64,000 bases of DNA from the human T2T-CHM13v2.0 reference genome, Homo sapiens. Where the stretch lies: assembly GCF_009914755.1 (NCBI RefSeq), contig NC_060929.1; one strand, written 5' to 3'. The position numbers and the translations under genes are program-made. The stretch's first letter is position 1, and every line of letters begins with the position of its first letter. Positions 58,851-64,000 of this stretch are shown one piece after another. The notes below the pieces were generated by a model. That model was not told the DNA's origin. It was given only the letters and a program-made list of their open reading frames with translations, and did no database searches.

Positions 58851-59255
58851 TGATATAGTCTGTATATTTGTCCCCTCCCAAAGCTCATGTTGAATTGCAA
58901 TCCCCAATGCTGGAGGTGGAGCCTGGTAGGAGGCGTTTGGGTCATGGGGTTAGATCCTGCATGGCTCAATGCTGTCTTGTGATAGTGAGTTCTCACAAGA
59001 TCTAGTCATTTAAAAGTGTGTGGCACCTTCCTCCCCATTCTCCCTTTTGCTCCTGCCTTCACCACATGACATACCTGCTTCCCCTTTACCATTCATCATG
59101 ACTGTGAGCTTCCTGGGGCCCTCACCAGAAGCTGATCAGATGCTGTGCCATGCTTGTCCAGCCTGAAGAACTGTGAGCCAATTAAACCTCTTTTCTTTAT
59201 AAATTACCAAGTCTCAGGTATTTCTTTATACCAATGTTAAGAACCACCTGATGCA
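58851..59255 (+). mobile_element. MaLR solo LTR (MSTA/MSTB-like)
   Basis: TGATATAGTCTG...CTCATGTTGAATTGCAATCCCCAATGCTGGAGGTGG...CCAATTAAACCTCTTTTCTTTATAAATTACC...ATGCA. TSD AATTC/CATTC. Confidence 0.9.
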
Positions 59256-59260
59256 CATTC

Positions 59261-59742
59261 CCTTACTCCTGCTGCACTCCAGGTAGATGAATACTATTCC
59301 TGTCATTGCCTAATTGTTCTTACCTTGATTCCTTCTCCCTTTTTTTACAAACTATGTTTCCTGGGCTCCTTTGCCACATTTGGCTAAGTTGAGTCAAATA
59401 GAAGCCCTGGTGGATACAAGTATCTGGGAAAAGCCAGGGTAGTTCTCAATCTTTTTCTTTCCTTTGGGGGATGCTTTTCTTGGTTTCTCCTCCTCCCTTC
59501 TACCTCTCCTCCACGCACGGTTTTAGATTTTGCTGGGCAGACCCTACTATAGCTTTAAGTCTTACCCGAAAACCCAGGCTCCTGGATTAAGATAACACCA
59601 TCTACAGTTTTTGTATTTGTAACCCTGGGTGGTAGAATTTGTTAATCGAATATTGCTTAACTCTTCCCTGTTTAACTCCTGTCTCTCTTATATTAAATTT
59701 CCTAAAATTATGTATTGTCTTGCCTGGATCATGATTGACACA
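59261..59742 (-). mobile_element. LTR33-like relic flanking the MST
   Basis: GGGAAAAGCCAGGGTAGTTCTC...TATTAAATTTCC...TGATTGACACA. Confidence 0.45.
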
Positions 59743-60241
59743 GATATATGAGGTCAAATAGAAACAATGCCATGTATTTGGAAAGGAAGCAAGGGAAAGC
59801 ATATCATTTTCCTCAACATATTTACATTACAATATTTTTAAATTAGTTAACAAGATGTTTTGTTACTCATTTTTCTCATAAATTTTCACACTTGCCTAGG
59901 TATATAGTTCTCATTGTTCCCAAAAGACCATGCATTTCTTCAAGCTAAGGTCTTATAATTCATTTAGATTCTTCACATTTCTTAGAACATCCTATGTGGT
60001 CCCTAATAGTTAGAGAGCCCCTACAAGATAACAAGATTTTTTTGAAAAATCACTCTTCAGTTTACGGATTTGGATAAAATGTGGTTTTGGTAATGGCCGC
60101 GAACCCGTATCCCTATGGATCTTCGGCAACCTCAATTCTTCCCTCCTCAGAAGAAAGAATTTGACTGAGGGGCATAAGGCAGAAGGAGGGGCAAAGGGCA
60201 GGTTTTAGAGCAGGTGTGAAAGTTTATTAAAAAGCTTTAGA

Positions 60242-60532
<291 letters not shown>

Positions 60533-60632
60533 AAAAAGCTTTAGAGCAGGAAGGAGAAGAAGGAAGGAAAGGACACTTGGAAGAAGGCCCTGCAGGCAAC
60601 TTGAAAGACAAATGCACACTTTGACATTTTGA

Positions 60633-60957
<325 letters not shown>

Positions 60958-60975
60958 TGACTTGAGGTTTTATAT

Positions 60976-61111
60976 GGAGGCTGAGGTAGTAGAATTGTTT
61001 GAACCTGCGAGGCAGAGGTTGCAGCGAGCCGAGATCATGCCACTGCACTTCAGCCTGGGCGACAGAGCAAGACTCCATCTCAAAAAAAAAAAAAAAGAAA
61101 GAAAAAGAAAA
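60976..61111 (+). mobile_element. Alu right-arm fragment (AluS)
   Basis: GGAGGCTGAGG...GCAAGACTCCATCTC followed by an A tail. Confidence 0.9.
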
Positions 61112-61739
61112 CATTATATTTAGCCTATGCTAATAGCTGCCTTTCCCCCATCTCTGATATACAAGTGGGGCGGGGGGTGGGTGCAAAAAGAGACACACGT
61201 GGAGAAAACCAAAGAAATGACAACTAAGAGATAAAGTTGTAATATGCATCTGTACAGTGCATTTAAATAAAATTTTGCTATTTCAGTAGAATTCAAAAAG
61301 CTGTTGCACCATGAGAAAGAAGGAGATAATTCTTCTCTTACGCAATTAATGATGCTGTTTCTACAAAACCATAGGATTGTTTTTCATCCTCTCATTACCA
61401 GAAAGACACAAACTAGAGGGAGTCCAAATAATTGCGAGGGCTTTGCAATCATTGACTTATTTACTAAAGAAGCTAAATACATATTGATTGTCTAAACGAT
61501 AATGGAGAGACAGAACAATAACAATCCATGGATGTTTGAAACGGATAAAAGCATCTATATCCTCCCTGCCATTAAAACTGAACTAGAGCCCTAAAGGTCA
61601 TTTCGTGGGAGGATTTGGACAACAAAGAGAAAAAATTTTCACATGCATCTTATCTCAAATGTCAGGCCTGCATTAAAATAATTAGTAGTTAAAAGAGGTA
61701 CCAGATAAAAAGATAGGATTCCTACCATAAAAGAAAATG

Positions 61740-61915
61740 TATAAATCAATATTATATATATAGGTTTTATATGTGTGTGTGTTATACTATATATAAACTA
61801 TTAAATTATATATTTAAACTGTATGGTACTTAATACATATAATTATATATAAAATGTTGGTGTATAAATATATTTACACTATATATAAAGTGATGTAACT
61901 TGATATATACAGTGT
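61740..61915. repeat. TA-rich low-complexity tract
   Basis: Degenerate TATA/TGTA repeats. Confidence 0.6.
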
Positions 61916-61939
61916 AAATTAATGCATAGTGCACAGTAG

Positions 61940-62273
<334 letters not shown>

Positions 62274-63011
62274 AAAACTTTGCTTTCTCTCTAAAAACAA
62301 ATAAAGGCAGCTCCTTCTTTACGCTTCCCTAAGATATTGTCAGAAGACTAAAACCTCTATCTTCATTCACTTTTTTCTTTTAAATCCATGCTGCTAAAAC
62401 TTTTCTCCTTTAATTTATATTTTTTGCTATTCTCTTCTAGAATTACTGTTTTGGAAAATTATCTAATCACTTAAGTTCATCTTAATTTCTTTTGATAAAT
62501 GTGATAGCTTCATATTGAGTGTTTGCTTCTTACAGAGAATTGTATGAGGTTTCTAGGCAGGTTGATTATATGCTATTACTCTGGAAGTGTTTTCACCATT
62601 TTTCAGCTATAATGACAGACTGTGAATAAATCATGTGACGTGCCGAATCAAATCACCAATAGTCACCTAATCATGAAATCAAGTGAAAAAATTTAGGTTA
62701 GCTTCTTGTCCCCTATGCATTATCCTATCATTATTAGTTTTTTCTACCTTTCTGACCATTCATTCTTTTCTGTCTGTTTCAGTCTATGATATCTTTTTAC
62801 TGGTCCTTTCCTTGCTAATATGTGTTTTATGCCATAGTTAGATCTTTACTCTTCCCTCTCCATATCCCCTTCCTCATTGGCACCTAACTTCAGTGCCATG
62901 AATACAGCATAGAAGTTAGTATCTGTCTTGCCAAAATCTGGTATCTGTAGCTTAGACTTTTTCTGTGTCACAGACACACCCTTGTTTTCATCTATCTACT
63001 ACCTAAGAGAC

Positions 63012-63200
63012 GGCAGAATGTAATGGATCCAAGTATGTTCTCTGTAGTCACAATAACTGAATTTAAATCCTGCCCTATTTAAATGTATAAACCTAGAAAA
63101 TTTACCTGTCCATTGTGTACTTCATTTTCCTTGCATACAAAATAGAAATAATAATCTGATTATGAGTACCTATCTCGTTGTGCTTTGATGATGAAAAAAA
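63012..63200 (+). mobile_element. MIR
   Basis: TTTAAATCCTGCCC...TGTACTTCATTTTCCTTGCATACAAAATAGAAATAATAA...GTACCTATCTC. Confidence 0.6.
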
Positions 63201-63314
63201 CTAAAATAAATAATTTTTCTTTTTTCCTTTCATCCTTCCTCCCTTCCAATTCAGTAAAATAGCCATTAGCATGTCCCAGTGAGTTAAGAAAGCAGCCTGG
63301 TGGTAGCCGGGACC

Positions 63315-64000
63315 TATATAAATATGGCACTAGAGCAAAGTAGAAGGGAGCACAATGGCAGCAGAGCATGGTGGTGGCCCAGTGAGGTTAGAGAATGGAT
63401 CGCATACAAAGAAATCGAGTGAAATGTATTGAGGATAAAGGAAAACCAGACCTGGCGCAACAAAATGAAGTGCTAAAAAAACACATGAAAGCAGTTTGAA
63501 CAGGTTTTAACTGGTCAAATCCGGAAACATTTGAACACCAAAATAAATCACAAAAATAATAGATTATAATTCATTACATGAAATTTGAAATCCATGAGTA
63601 CATATTGATATAAATTAATTAACAAATGAAGAAAAGAAAAAGCTTTCCTTTATAGTAGAGTGACTATTAAATATATAGAAGGAATGATGGAATTAGAAAA
63701 GTCACTATAGTATTTAAAAATTATCATAATGACAATTCTTGCAAGAAATAGCATGGCTGCCAAAACTATTAGATGAGTGTAGGAGGAAGAACAAGATTTA
63801 CATATTCTATCCTCACAAAATCCTTATTAATTATGGAGGAAAGAAAAAGTAATTTTCTAGTCTAGAAACACAGAGGACATCATCACAGGCAAATCAAAGT
63901 CACTACTGCCTATAATGGGACAAACTAATGTCATTTGATCCCCAAAAGAATACAATGATAAAAAGTACAGTGTCACTATGATATTCTGGCCAAAATGAAT
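63315..64000 (+). mobile_element. Old L1M (L1MC/MD-type) 3'UTR, running off the window
   Basis: AATCCATGAGTACATATTGATATAAAT...CAAATCAAAGTCACTA...AATGGGACAAACTAATGTCAT. Confidence 0.55.

Noticed and set aside
61167-61181. G-rich GC-box/G4-like motif GGGGCGGGGGGTGGG
   Set aside because: Isolated, with no CpG island or other promoter context.

Overview
Human genomic DNA, identified as human by a diagnostic AluYa5. The window is AT-rich, intergenic or deep-intronic, and dominated by interspersed repeats. I found no host protein-coding exon, RNA gene or CpG island that I can support. All long ORFs in the track come from LINE-1 ORF2, Tigger1, Alu or HERV-K env remnants. Contents in order: the 3' end of a HERV-K(HML-3)/HERVK9 provirus (deleted env plus MER9 LTR, 1-1114); a 3.7-kb 5'-truncated L1PA4-like element; old L1M, L2, MIR, MaLR and LTR33 relics; a four-layer nested insertion at 20.3-21.85 kb; a 2-kb antisense L1PA7; a near full-length Tigger1; a 5'-inverted L1PB; and about ten Alus, including an AluYa5 in an inverted-Alu cluster inside a MER4-group LTR. 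I do not see a convincing previously undescribed biological system. The most interesting items are an LTR junction lacking its polypurine tract, a palindrome-rich candidate enhancer near 11.1 kb, a 27-bp hairpin-unit tandem array near 17.2 kb, a muscle-type motif cluster near 25.3 kb, and a few possible non-coding exons. Repeat subfamily names come from my recollection of consensus sequences, not from an alignment. Boundaries of old repeats are approximate.
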